Below, in pieces: positions 54,877-63,386 of a stretch of 64,000 bases of DNA; the first letter of the stretch is position 1, and every line of letters begins with the position of its first letter. Position numbers and translations under genes: made by a program. Source of the stretch: Dehalococcoidia bacterium (lineage in GTDB: Bacteria > Chloroflexota > Dehalococcoidia > SHYD01); the NCBI GenBank assembly GCA_009692945.1, contig SHYD01000004.1:5910-69909 (forward strand). Direction: 5' to 3'. The notes under the pieces were generated by a model. The model did no database searches and was not told where the DNA came from. It saw only the letters and a list, made by a program, of their open reading frames with translations.

Positions 54877-54932
54877 TGTACACCCCTCCGGGGGTGGTCT
54901 AAGGTACCCCTTCGGGGTATGGTTTTGAATTA

Positions 54933-55534
54933 ATGAATGAGCCACATGATATGCAGGGCGGAATGGCGACGTGGCAGCACCTCGCCCAGGCGGCCACCAA
55001 TGCCATCAGAACGGTCGATACGACTCACTACGTGCTAATCCCGGGCTACCACTGGCAGACGGCGTCCTCCTGTTGCCTGTACAACGAGACCCTGAACATC
55101 AACGATCCGGCGAGCAAGTCGCTGTACGCAGCCCATCAGTATTTCGATTCCAACATGTCAGGCCGCTACACCGTAAGCTACGCAAGTGACGGGGCATACC
55201 AAACATCGGCGTCGACCGGCTCAAGCCGTTCACTGACCGGCTGGCTTTAAACGGAAAAAAGGGGATCGTTACCGAGTACGGCATCCCCTGGAACGAGGGT
55301 ACCGTCGCCGCCCCCGGATCCACAGATCCCAACCGATAGATGACCGTGCTGCATAACTTCCTCCAGAAGATCGAGGATGACCAGAACCTGGTGGGCGGCG
55401 CCTACTGGGCCACCGGGCCGCGGTGGTTTACCACCGACGACCGGCTCAACGTCGAGCCCATCTGGAACGTCACGAAGACCGTGGCAACGGACCGGCCTCA
55501 AATGGTCAAATTGGAGCAGTTCAAGAGCCATTAG
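54933..55534 (+). pseudogene. Glycoside hydrolase family 5 (cellulase) remnant: N-terminal half missing, plus a frame break and an in-frame stop
   Basis: It starts at the acid/base motif MNEPHDM. YAAHQYFDSNMSGRY follows. Then comes a frame switch to NGKKGIVTEYGIP (nucleophile Glu motif), a TAG, and then NLVGGAYWATGPRW. GC content is visibly lower than in the flanks. Confidence 0.75.
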
Positions 55535-55630
55535 ACCGCGGGTGCAAGCGGATTCAAGCACCACGCGTTGATCCGTTTACGCTATCGGTGCCATAATTAG
55601 GCCTGCTAACCACCCTGAGGAGGCCCACCC

Positions 55631-56959
55631 ATGCTGAGCAAAACCGACAACGAACTGCTGACCCGGGTCGGTCCCGGCACCGCCATGGGCGATACGCTGC
55701 GGCAGTACTGGATGCCAGCGCTGCTCAGCACCGAACTCCCCGACCCCGATGGGGCGCCGCTGCGCCTGCGGCTGCTGGGTGAGGACCTGGTGGCGTTCCG
55801 GGATTCCTCCGGCCGGGTGGGGCTCGTCGCCAACAACTGCCCCCACCGCGGCGCTTCGCTGTTCTTCGGGCGCAATGAGGAGCACGGGCTGCGCTGCGTG
55901 TACCACGGCTGGAAGTTCGACCTGACCGGGGCCTGCGTCGACATGCCGAACGAGCCGGCTGAGAGCAACTTCAAGAGCAAGGTCCGCCTCACCTCCTATC
56001 CCTGCCAGGAGCGCAACGGCCTGGTGTGGGCCTATATGGGCCCGCTGGCCCAGCCACCGGCCCTGCCCGCTCTCGAATGGAACCTGGTGCCGGAGGATCA
56101 GTACTACCTGACCAAGCGGGTGCAGGCCTGCAACTGGGCGCAATCCCTGGAGGGAGGCATCGATTCGAGCCACGGGTCGTTCCTGCACAGCGACCTGCAG
56201 CGCCCCGAGGGCGTCAACGCCCGGGATGGCGTGCGGGTCGGACTGCTGCCCTACATGTACGACGACCGCCACCCCCGCTTCGAGGTGATGGACACGCCCT
56301 ACGGGGCGCACATCGCGGCGCGGCGCAGCGGCGAGCCGGACAGCTACTATTGGCGCATAACCGAGTTCCTGCTGCCGTGGTACACCATGATCCCGCCCTT
56401 CGGGAAGAACCCCACCTTCAGCGGCCACGCTTGGGTGCCCATGGACGACGAGCACACCGTCACCTGGAGCGTCCACTGGCACCCCACCCGCGCCCTGACC
56501 GAACGGGAACTCGATTACTGGCGCTCCGGCAAACAGATCCACAGCGGACCCCACCAGTACGCCCCCAAGACCTCGGCGCCCGCAGGCGCCTGGGTTCCCG
56601 CCGCCAATGTCGCGAACGACTACTTTATCGACTACGAAGCCCAGCGCAACATCCGGTTCACCGGGCTCGCTGGCATTTGGCTTCAGGACCAGGCGATGCA
56701 GGAGAGCATGGGAGCGATCTACGACCGCACCAAAGAGCACCTCGGGGCCAGCGATACGGGCGTGATCAAAGCCCGCCAACTCTGGCTGCGGGCGCTGCGC
56801 AACCTGCGCGATCAGGGCCTCACGCCCAGCGGGGTGATGGAGCCCGAGACCTACCGGGTCCGGCCGGTCTCGGCCCTAGTCCCTCGGAATACCCCGTGGC
56901 TGGAGGCCACCCGCGCCCTGTTTGAGGCCGTCGCGGGCTCGAACTACGACGCCCCTTAG
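55631..56959 (+). CDS. Rieske [2Fe-2S] non-heme-iron oxygenase (phthalate-family-like alpha subunit)
   Basis: GAGGAGG lies upstream. CPHRGASLFFG..CVYHGWKF, and NWAQSLEGGIDSSHGSFLH. Confidence 0.85.
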   Translation: MLSKTDNELLTRVGPGTAMGDTLRQYWMPALLSTELPDPDGAPLRLRLLGEDLVAFRDSSGRVGLVANNCPHRGASLFFGRNEEHGLRCVYHGWKFDLTGACVDMPNEPAESNFKSKVRLTSYPCQERNGLVWAYMGPLAQPPALPALEWNLVPEDQYYLTKRVQACNWAQSLEGGIDSSHGSFLHSDLQRPEGVNARDGVRVGLLPYMYDDRHPRFEVMDTPYGAHIAARRSGEPDSYYWRITEFLLPWYTMIPPFGKNPTFSGHAWVPMDDEHTVTWSVHWHPTRALTERELDYWRSGKQIHSGPHQYAPKTSAPAGAWVPAANVANDYFIDYEAQRNIRFTGLAGIWLQDQAMQESMGAIYDRTKEHLGASDTGVIKARQLWLRALRNLRDQGLTPSGVMEPETYRVRPVSALVPRNTPWLEATRALFEAVAGSNYDAP

Positions 56960-57110
56960 ACGCACCAGGCCGCGCCCACAACCCCCGAACACAGCGGGAC
57001 GGATGGGGGGGGGGAGCGCCCCACACCCGGCGCCTCGGTGCCGGCCGTCGAAGTCCGCTGCGCCCACCGCGGCGACAGGCCCTCCGTCCCCCCTCCGTCC
57101 TCCTCCCTTC

Positions 57111-57144
57111 GGAATCCGTGAAAATCCGCGTGAATCTGTGGACC
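57111..57144 (+). repeat. Phased AATCYGYG decamer cluster
   Basis: GGAATCCGTG AAAATCCGCG TGAATCTGTGGACC. Confidence 0.55.
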
Positions 57145-57171
57145 TTCCGGATTCGGGGAGTCAGGGGGTAA

Positions 57172-57300
57172 GAGTTCACAAATTGAGGCTACTATCGGGC
57201 TCAGGAGTGGGAGGGCACGAGGGCAGCAGCCCTCTGCCGGGGGAGTGGGGGTGCCCCCACATATAATTCACCTCTTTTTCCCTGGGTTGGGGGAGTGGCT
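57172..57300 (+). repeat. Module A repeat (lacks the distal ~35 bp of the full form)
   Basis: GAGTTCACAAATTGAGG..GGCTCAGGAGTGGGAGGGCACGAGGGCAGCAGCCCTCTGCCGGGGGAGTGGGGGTGCCCCCACATATAATTCACCTCTTTTTCCCTGGGTTGGGGGAGTGGCT. It matches the reverse complement of 32485-32644 and 63217-63381. Confidence 0.8.
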
Positions 57301-57349
57301 CATATCCCCCGAACCGCTCACACATAGTAGTTCCGTTGGGGGGTATCGG

Positions 57350-57379
57350 TTGACATTCTCTTCTTAGCCTGAGTATCAT
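57350..57379 (+). promoter_or_regulatory. Candidate sigma70-type promoter for the RidA/SDR cluster
   Basis: TTGACA (57350-57355), an 18-nt spacer, then TATCAT (57374-57379), about 45 nt upstream of the RidA GTG. Confidence 0.35.
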
Positions 57380-57425
57380 CGGCCCGCCGTTGGGCAATCC
57401 ATAACCTAGCTTCAGGGAGGGTATC

Positions 57426-57812
57426 GTGGCCAATCGTCAGGAGTTGGAAATCGCCGGGGTCGGGCATCCCCAGCCGTTCCCCCACGCCGTCAAGATCGGC
57501 AACATGGTCTTCACATCGGGCATCGACCCCATCGACCCTGCCACCGGCAAGGTTCCCGAGGGGATCGAGGAGCAGTCCCGGCTGTTGTTTCAGAACATCC
57601 GCACCATCCTGACCCAGGCCGGCGGTTCACCCGCCAACATCGGCCAGGTGACGCTGTACATGCAGGACCCGGTCCAGCGCCAGGCGGTGAACAAGTACTG
57701 GATCGAGATGTTCCCCAATGAGCACGACCGCCCCGCCCGCAAGACCCTGAAATTCGACTTCGGGGCCGCCTCCGGCATCCTGGTCCAGGCCCAGTTCATC
57801 GCCGTCGTGTAG
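57426..57812 (+). CDS. RidA/YjgF/UK114-family protein
   Basis: GTG start follows GGGAGGG. GNMVFTSGIDPIDPATGKV, IGQVTLYMQD. Confidence 0.85.
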   Translation: MANRQELEIAGVGHPQPFPHAVKIGNMVFTSGIDPIDPATGKVPEGIEEQSRLLFQNIRTILTQAGGSPANIGQVTLYMQDPVQRQAVNKYWIEMFPNEHDRPARKTLKFDFGAASGILVQAQFIAVV

Positions 57813-57848
57813 CCCCAACCAAAACCACTGAGAGTGAGTCAAACTGCC

Positions 57849-58640
57849 ATGGGTGTTGAAGGTAGGGTCGCCGTCATCACCGGCTCGGCCCGCAACATCG
57901 GAAAAGCCTGCGCCGTGGAGTTGGCGCGCCAAGGCGCCAAGGTGGTCATCAACGCCCGCAGCAGGGACAAGGTGGACCAGACGGTCGACGAGATCAGGGC
58001 AATGGGGGGATCGGCCTACCCCAGCTACCAGTCGGTCGCGACCAAAGAGGGCTGCGAGGCGCTGATCCAGGACGCCATCAAGGGCTTCGGCGCGGTGGAC
58101 ATCCTGGTCAACAACGCAGCCATCGTGACCTTTCATTACATTCACGAAATGCCCGATGACGAGTGGGACAACGTCATCAACACCAACCTCACCGCCTACT
58201 TCCGCACCACCAAGGCGGTGCTGCCGATCATGATGGAACGGAAATGGGGACGCATCATCAACATGTCGTCCCATGCCGGCCTCACCGGCACCACGCTGCG
58301 CTGCCACTACGCCGCGGCCAAGGGCGGCATCCACGCGTTCACCAAGGCAACCGCCAAGGAGTACGGGAAGTACAACATCACCGCCAACGCCATCGCCCCG
58401 TTCGTGGGCAAGGATGAGGTGGAGGATGCTCCGGAGCAGTACGGTGCACTCTACCGGCCCCAGCCGGCTGAATTCGCCGCCCAGAACACCGCCGCGTCCG
58501 AAGCCGCTATGGCAGTGGGCGGGGGAAAGCGTTCCAGCCCAGCCACCGTCGCCCCCATGTGCGCCTTCTTCGCCTCCGAGGAGGCGTGGTACATCACCGG
58601 CCAGGTGATATCGGTCGGCGGCGGCCGGTGGATGGGATGA
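57849..58640 (+). CDS. SDR paralogue 1 of 4 (most divergent C-terminus)
   Basis: ATG 57849 was chosen by alignment with the paralogues (MGVEGRVAVITGSARNIGKAC). NNAAI, and NMSSHAGLTGTTLRCHYAAAKGG. Confidence 0.85.
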   Translation: MGVEGRVAVITGSARNIGKACAVELARQGAKVVINARSRDKVDQTVDEIRAMGGSAYPSYQSVATKEGCEALIQDAIKGFGAVDILVNNAAIVTFHYIHEMPDDEWDNVINTNLTAYFRTTKAVLPIMMERKWGRIINMSSHAGLTGTTLRCHYAAAKGGIHAFTKATAKEYGKYNITANAIAPFVGKDEVEDAPEQYGALYRPQPAEFAAQNTAASEAAMAVGGGKRSSPATVAPMCAFFASEEAWYITGQVISVGGGRWMG

Positions 58641-58674
58641 CTGCATCCGTAACTCGAACATCACAGGGGGCTCA

Positions 58675-59460
58675 ATGAGCATCGAAGGACGGGTGGCGGT
58701 GATCACCGGCTCCGCTCGGAACATCGGCAAGGAGTGTGCGCTGGAACTGGCGCGCCGGGGCGCCAAGGTCATCATCAACGCCCGCAGCCGCGAGAAAGTC
58801 GACGAAACCGTCGAGGAGATCCGGGCGATGGGCGGCAAGGCGCTGCCCAGCTACCACTCGGTGGCCACCCGTGAGGGCTGCGAGGGGATCATCGAGGACG
58901 CCGTCAAGGGCTTCGGCACCATCGACATCCTGGTGAACAACGCCGCCATCATCACCTTTGACTACATCCACGAGATGTCCGAGGAAGACTGGCTGAACGT
59001 CATCGAGGTGAACCTCACCGCGAGCTTCCGGACGACCAAGGCGGCTCTACCCTACATGATGGAGAAGAACTGGGGTCGCATCGTCAACATGTCCTCCCAC
59101 GCCGGGCTGACCGGCACCACCATGCGGGCGAGCTACGCCGCGGCCAAGGGCGGCATCAACGCCTTCACCAAAGCGACGGCCAAGGAATACGGCAAGTACC
59201 ACATCACCGCCAACGCCATCGCCCCCTTCGTCGGCCAGAGCGAGAAGGTGGAGCACCCCGAGCACTACGGCGCCAACTATGGCCCGCAGCCCGAGGCGTT
59301 CCGTGCCCAGAATACGGCGGTCTCCATCGGCGCCATGGCCATCCCCGGCCGTTCGGGCCCCGAGACCGTGGCGCCGATGGTGGCGTTCTTCGCATCCGAG
59401 GAGGCCTGGTACATCACCGGCCAGATCATATCGGTCGGCGGGGGCCGCTGGATGGGCTGA
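58675..59460 (+). CDS. SDR paralogue 2 of 4
   Basis: MSIEGRVAVITGSARNIGKEC.., YAAAKGG, IPGRSGPETVAPMVAFFASEEAWYITGQIISVGGGRWMG. Confidence 0.9.
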   Translation: MSIEGRVAVITGSARNIGKECALELARRGAKVIINARSREKVDETVEEIRAMGGKALPSYHSVATREGCEGIIEDAVKGFGTIDILVNNAAIITFDYIHEMSEEDWLNVIEVNLTASFRTTKAALPYMMEKNWGRIVNMSSHAGLTGTTMRASYAAAKGGINAFTKATAKEYGKYHITANAIAPFVGQSEKVEHPEHYGANYGPQPEAFRAQNTAVSIGAMAIPGRSGPETVAPMVAFFASEEAWYITGQIISVGGGRWMG

Positions 59461-59473
59461 TGGACGGCTTCAG

Positions 59474-59600
59474 ACTCGGGATTCGGGTACGGGGGTGTGC
59501 AGGGGGCAAAGCCTGCGTGTCCGAGCTTGTCGAAGGGCCGGGGGACTGGGGGTGTTCCCCCAGAAACAACAATCTCTTCTAGTGGGGCCCGGGGAACGAC
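59474..59600 (+). repeat. Divergent module A repeat inserted between SDR paralogues 2 and 3
   Basis: GACTCGGGATTCGGGTACGGGGGTGTGCAGGGGGCAAAGCCTGC..GGGCCGGGGGACTGGGGGTGTTCCCCCAGAAACAACAATCTCTTC. Confidence 0.55.
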
Positions 59601-59697
59601 CGAGCAGCGGTCCCCGATGTCCGAACAGATACGGGCCGACGGCGCAGGCCGGTTCAACCGGCAGGCGCTTGACACAAACTGGATTCGAGGAGGCCGG

Positions 59698-60477
59698 ATG
59701 AGTATCGAAGGAAGGGTTGCGGTGGTCACCGGATCCGCCCGTAACATCGGGAAAGCCTGTGCGGTCGAACTGGCCCGCCAGGGGGCTAAAGTCATCGTCA
59801 ACGCCCGGAGCCGGGACAAGGTGGAGCAGGTGGTGGAGGAGATCCGGGCCGCGGGCGGGAAGGCGCTGCCCAGCTTTCACTCGGTGGCCACCAAAGAGGG
59901 GTGCGAGGGCCTCATCCAGGACGCGGTACAGGGGTTCGGCAGCGTGGACATCCTGGTCAACAACGCTGCGATCATCACCTACAACTACATTCACGAGATG
60001 CCCGATGAGGACTGGCTGAAGGTGCTGGAGACCGACCTCACCGCCTATTTCCGGACCACCAAAGCCGCCCTCCCGTATATGATGGAGAAGAACTGGGGGC
60101 GCATCATCAACATGTCGTCCCATGCGGGGTTGACCGGCACCAGCATGCGCTGCCACTACGCCGCAGCCAAGGGCGGGACTCAGGCCTTCACCAAGGCCAC
60201 CGCCAAGGAGTACGGCAAGTACCACATCACCGCTAACGCTATCGCCCCGTTCGTGGGCCAGGACGAAGAAGAGAACCCGGAACATTACGGCGCCATGTAC
60301 GGCGGACAGCCGGCCGAATTCACTGCGCTGAACACCGCGGTGTCCGCCGCGGCGATGGCGATCCCGGGCCGGTCAGGCCCCGAGACCGTGGCCCCGATGG
60401 TCGCCTTCTTCGCCTCGGAAGAAGCCTGGTACATCACCGGCCAGATCATCTCAGTGGGCGGCGGCCGCTGGATGTAG
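59698..60477 (+). CDS. SDR paralogue 3 of 4
   Basis: ATG 59698 follows GAGGAGG, inside ORF 59497..60477. MSIEGRVAVVTGSARNIGKAC. Confidence 0.9.
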   Translation: MSIEGRVAVVTGSARNIGKACAVELARQGAKVIVNARSRDKVEQVVEEIRAAGGKALPSFHSVATKEGCEGLIQDAVQGFGSVDILVNNAAIITYNYIHEMPDEDWLKVLETDLTAYFRTTKAALPYMMEKNWGRIINMSSHAGLTGTSMRCHYAAAKGGTQAFTKATAKEYGKYHITANAIAPFVGQDEEENPEHYGAMYGGQPAEFTALNTAVSAAAMAIPGRSGPETVAPMVAFFASEEAWYITGQIISVGGGRWM

Positions 60478-60512
60478 CCGGCCCGATATAAAGAGCACGA
60501 TAAGGAGCAACT

Positions 60513-61298
60513 ATGAGCATAGAGGGTCGGGTGGCCATCATCACGGGGTCGGCCCGCAACATCGGCCGGGCCTGCGCCATCGAACTGGCCAAGCGGGGGG
60601 CAAAGGTGGTCATCAACGCCCGCAGCAGCGCCAAGGTCGATCAGGTGGTCGACGAGATCAAGGCGGCCGGCGGAACGGCGGTCCCGAGTTACCGTTCAAT
60701 CGAGAACCTGGCCGGGTGCCAGGGGCTGGTTGAGGATACGGTGAAGGCCTACGGGACAGTGGACATTCTGGTCAACAATGCCGGCATCACCAGCCACCAC
60801 TACATCCACGAGATGCCGGACGAGGACTGGACTGCGGTGCTGGACGTGAACATCACCGGCTATTTCCGTATGACCAAGCTGGTGCTGCCCCACATGATGG
60901 AGAAGAAGTGGGGACGCATCGTCAACATGTCGTCGCACGCCGGGCTGACCGGGACCACGATCCGCAGCGGCTACGCCGCTTCGAAGGGCGCCATCATCTC
61001 CTTCACCAAAGCCACGGCCAAGGAGTACGGCAAATACGGGGTCACCGCGAACGCCATCGCCCCATTCGTAGGGATGGATGAGCGCGTCGACAACCCCGAG
61101 CATTTCGGCGCCATGTACACGGAGCAGCCGGCCGAATTCGCCGCCCAGAACACCGCCGTTTCCATCGCGGGAATGGCCATCCCCGGCCGCTCCGGCCCGG
61201 AAACAGTGGCGCCCATGGTGGCTTTCTTCGCTTCCGAAGAGGCCTGGTACATCACCGGCCAGGTCATCTCGGTGGGCGGCGGCCGCTGGATGGGTTGA
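60513..61298 (+). CDS. SDR paralogue 4 of 4
   Basis: AAGGAG lies upstream. MSIEGRVAIITGSARNIGRAC. Confidence 0.9.
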   Translation: MSIEGRVAIITGSARNIGRACAIELAKRGAKVVINARSSAKVDQVVDEIKAAGGTAVPSYRSIENLAGCQGLVEDTVKAYGTVDILVNNAGITSHHYIHEMPDEDWTAVLDVNITGYFRMTKLVLPHMMEKKWGRIVNMSSHAGLTGTTIRSGYAASKGAIISFTKATAKEYGKYGVTANAIAPFVGMDERVDNPEHFGAMYTEQPAEFAAQNTAVSIAGMAIPGRSGPETVAPMVAFFASEEAWYITGQVISVGGGRWMG

Positions 61299-61391
61299 TC
61301 CGCAAACTCGCCTGTTTCGACTTCATCGTTTCTGCTACGATCGCACGGCACACCGCACCGGGCGGCAGTTCACTTTGGAACGGGTTCCAGC

Positions 61392-61743
61392 ATGGCAGAG
61401 CTTCCACGTCTGAATGGAGTCATTCGCGCCCTTGAGCAGGGCCAGACCGCATTCGTGACGTTTTCGACCGCCGATCCCGCATCGGCGCAGGCGATCAACG
61501 CCGCCCCCTACGACGGTGTTGTGTTCGAGATGGAACACAATATCTACGACATCAAGACCCTCACCGCCGGAATACTACGCTCGAGCCGACCTGTGGCCCA
61601 TGGACCCGAAGGGTGAGCTCATCGCTATCCTGATGATCGAGAGCCAGCGGGGCATCAAGAACCTGCCCAAGATCCCAGGGGTCGTGACCATGGCCATGTT
61701 TTCCGATCCCGATGGCAACGCCATCGGGATGATCAAGGGTTGA
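61392..61743 (+). pseudogene. Chimeric remnant: HpcH/HpaI-type aldolase fragments with an internal deletion, joined to a VOC-family C-terminal fragment
   Basis: ORF 61392..61616 carries an aldolase N-terminus (NGVIRALEQGQTAFVTF, YDGVVFEMEHN). The overlapping frame carries EYYARADLWPMDPKGELIAILMIESQRGIKNLPKIPGV, followed directly by MFSDPDGNAIGMIKG (a VOC-like end). About 100 aa of an aldolase core are missing. Confidence 0.6.
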
Positions 61744-61817
61744 CCCCTACACGGAACGCCGGCCCCGCCTCACCATCGAACCAGTGCAAAATCACAGAGC
61801 GGAAACAGGAGAACACC

Positions 61818-62072
61818 ATGCCAAAGTTTATCGACTATCACGAAAAAGCCCCCACGCTACCTCCAGAGGTAATGGGGCAGATGGTGGCCGCGATCCAAGC
61901 GGGGAAGCCCAACGAACTCGGCGTCACCCCGATCAACCTGTTCATGGGCGCAGGCGGGCAGGCGTACTGCCTCAGCGAAGCCCCGAATGCCGAGGCCATA
62001 TGTCAGATGCACGCCGCCGTTGGCGTGCCCCTCAGTGCCAAGGACGTGGTTGAGGTTCAGTCGCTGGTCTGA
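61818..62072 (+). CDS. Small DUF4242/SCO4226-like protein
   Basis: ATG 61818 follows AGGAGAA, inside ORF 61740..62072. MPKFIDYHE.., and AYCLSEAPNAEAICQMHAAVG resembles that family as I recall it. Confidence 0.6.
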   Translation: MPKFIDYHEKAPTLPPEVMGQMVAAIQAGKPNELGVTPINLFMGAGGQAYCLSEAPNAEAICQMHAAVGVPLSAKDVVEVQSLV

Positions 62073-62239
62073 CCCCGCCACGGCGGGGGCGGCTCGCCAA
62101 GCTACCACGAAGAGGGAGACCGGCGCAGGTGTCCCTCTTGCATTCCTCCGAGAGCGAAACCTCCCCCGGCCGCCCATGCTATACTTACATTACTATCGAA
62201 TCAATAGTGTGGCATCGTCGCAGTCAGGAGGCTTTCGTC

Positions 62240-63214
62240 ATGCCCGCAGCACAGCCGAAAGATATGCTCGCCATCCCCCGAATCGACCGTCCCGCCCCCG
62301 GCGCCCGGTTTCGCCCGGTGCTGCACGTGGTGCAGGCGGAGCAAAAACTGGAGGGTGCCGGATTCCCCGTGCGCAGGCCCTTCCCGAGTGTCGACCTGAG
62401 CTCCGCCGACCCGTTCCTGATGCTCGATCACCTCGGCGCCATCGAGTATGCTCCGGGCGAGGCCAAGGGCGCGCCATGGCACCCTCACCGCGGCTTCGAA
62501 ACCGTCACCTACATCATGGACGGCGCCTTCCAACACCACGACTCGACCGGTGGCGCCGGCCTCATCGCGAACGGCTCAACCCAATGGATGACGGCCGGCG
62601 CAGGCATCCTCCATGAGGAGATGCCCACAGAGGAACTGGTCGCCACCGGTGGTCTCTTCCACGGCGTGCAATTATGGGTCAACCTTCCCAGTTCCCAGAA
62701 ATGGAACCCACCCCGCTATCAGGACATCCCGGCAGACCAGGTTGCGCTGCTGAGTTCGCACGATGGAAGCTCCTTGGTCCGGCTGATTGCAGGTGAACTG
62801 GGCGGACACAAGGGCCCAGGAGTCACCTGGACTCCCATCACCTACGGCCACGCCACGCTGGCGCCGGGTTCCCGCATGGAACTGCCATGGAGAACCGATT
62901 TCAGCGCCATGGTCTACGTTCTGGCGGGATACGGGACCGTGGGAGAATCGCGCCGGGTAGTGGGGGAAGGCGAATTGGCGGTGTTCGGCGCCGGCGACAC
63001 CATTGTGGTCGAGGCTGCGGAACAGCCCGAAGGCCCGTCAAAGAACCTGGATGTGCTGCTGCTGGGCGGACAGCCCATCGGCGAGCCGGTGGTGTTCTAT
63101 GGCCCCTTTGTCATGAACACCCGGCAGGAGATTCAGCAGGCCATCGACGATTACCGGGCGGGCCGCCTCGGGCGCATCCCCGCCGAGTTTCTGGGGCGGG
63201 CCCGCAACAATTAG
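62240..63214 (+). CDS. Pirin-family bicupin
   Basis: ATG 62240 follows AGGAGG. PFLMLDH, HPHRGFETVTYIMDG, QWMTAGAGILHEE, GPFVMNT. Confidence 0.9.
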   Translation: MPAAQPKDMLAIPRIDRPAPGARFRPVLHVVQAEQKLEGAGFPVRRPFPSVDLSSADPFLMLDHLGAIEYAPGEAKGAPWHPHRGFETVTYIMDGAFQHHDSTGGAGLIANGSTQWMTAGAGILHEEMPTEELVATGGLFHGVQLWVNLPSSQKWNPPRYQDIPADQVALLSSHDGSSLVRLIAGELGGHKGPGVTWTPITYGHATLAPGSRMELPWRTDFSAMVYVLAGYGTVGESRRVVGEGELAVFGAGDTIVVEAAEQPEGPSKNLDVLLLGGQPIGEPVVFYGPFVMNTRQEIQQAIDDYRAGRLGRIPAEFLGRARNN

Positions 63215-63216
63215 CG

Positions 63217-63381
63217 TATCCATTCAGTTTTAGGGCTTCAGGCGGCATCAACCACTCCCCCCAACCCAGAAAAAAAGGGGGGGGAATTCTTTTGCGGGGG
63301 GCACCCCCGCGCCCCTGGCAGAGGGCTGGCGCCCTTGTGCACTCCCGCCCCCGATCCTGCCAGCCTCGAATGTGAACTCAT
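63217..63381 (-). repeat. Module A repeat, full-length ~165-bp form
   Basis: TATCCATTCAGTTTTAGGGCTTCAGGCGGCATCAACCACTCCCCCCAACCCAGAAAAAAAGGGGGGGG..GCGGGGGGCACCCCCGC..GTGCACTCCCGCCCCCGATCCTGCC..GTGAACTCAT. It fills the whole gap between the convergent pirin and folE genes. Confidence 0.85.
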
Positions 63382-63386
63382 GCCGA

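Noticed and set aside
18366-63386. Possibility that the recurring intergenic repeats form a CRISPR array.
   Set aside because: Copies are kilobases apart, differ in length and orientation, have no regular repeat-spacer periodicity, and no cas genes are present.
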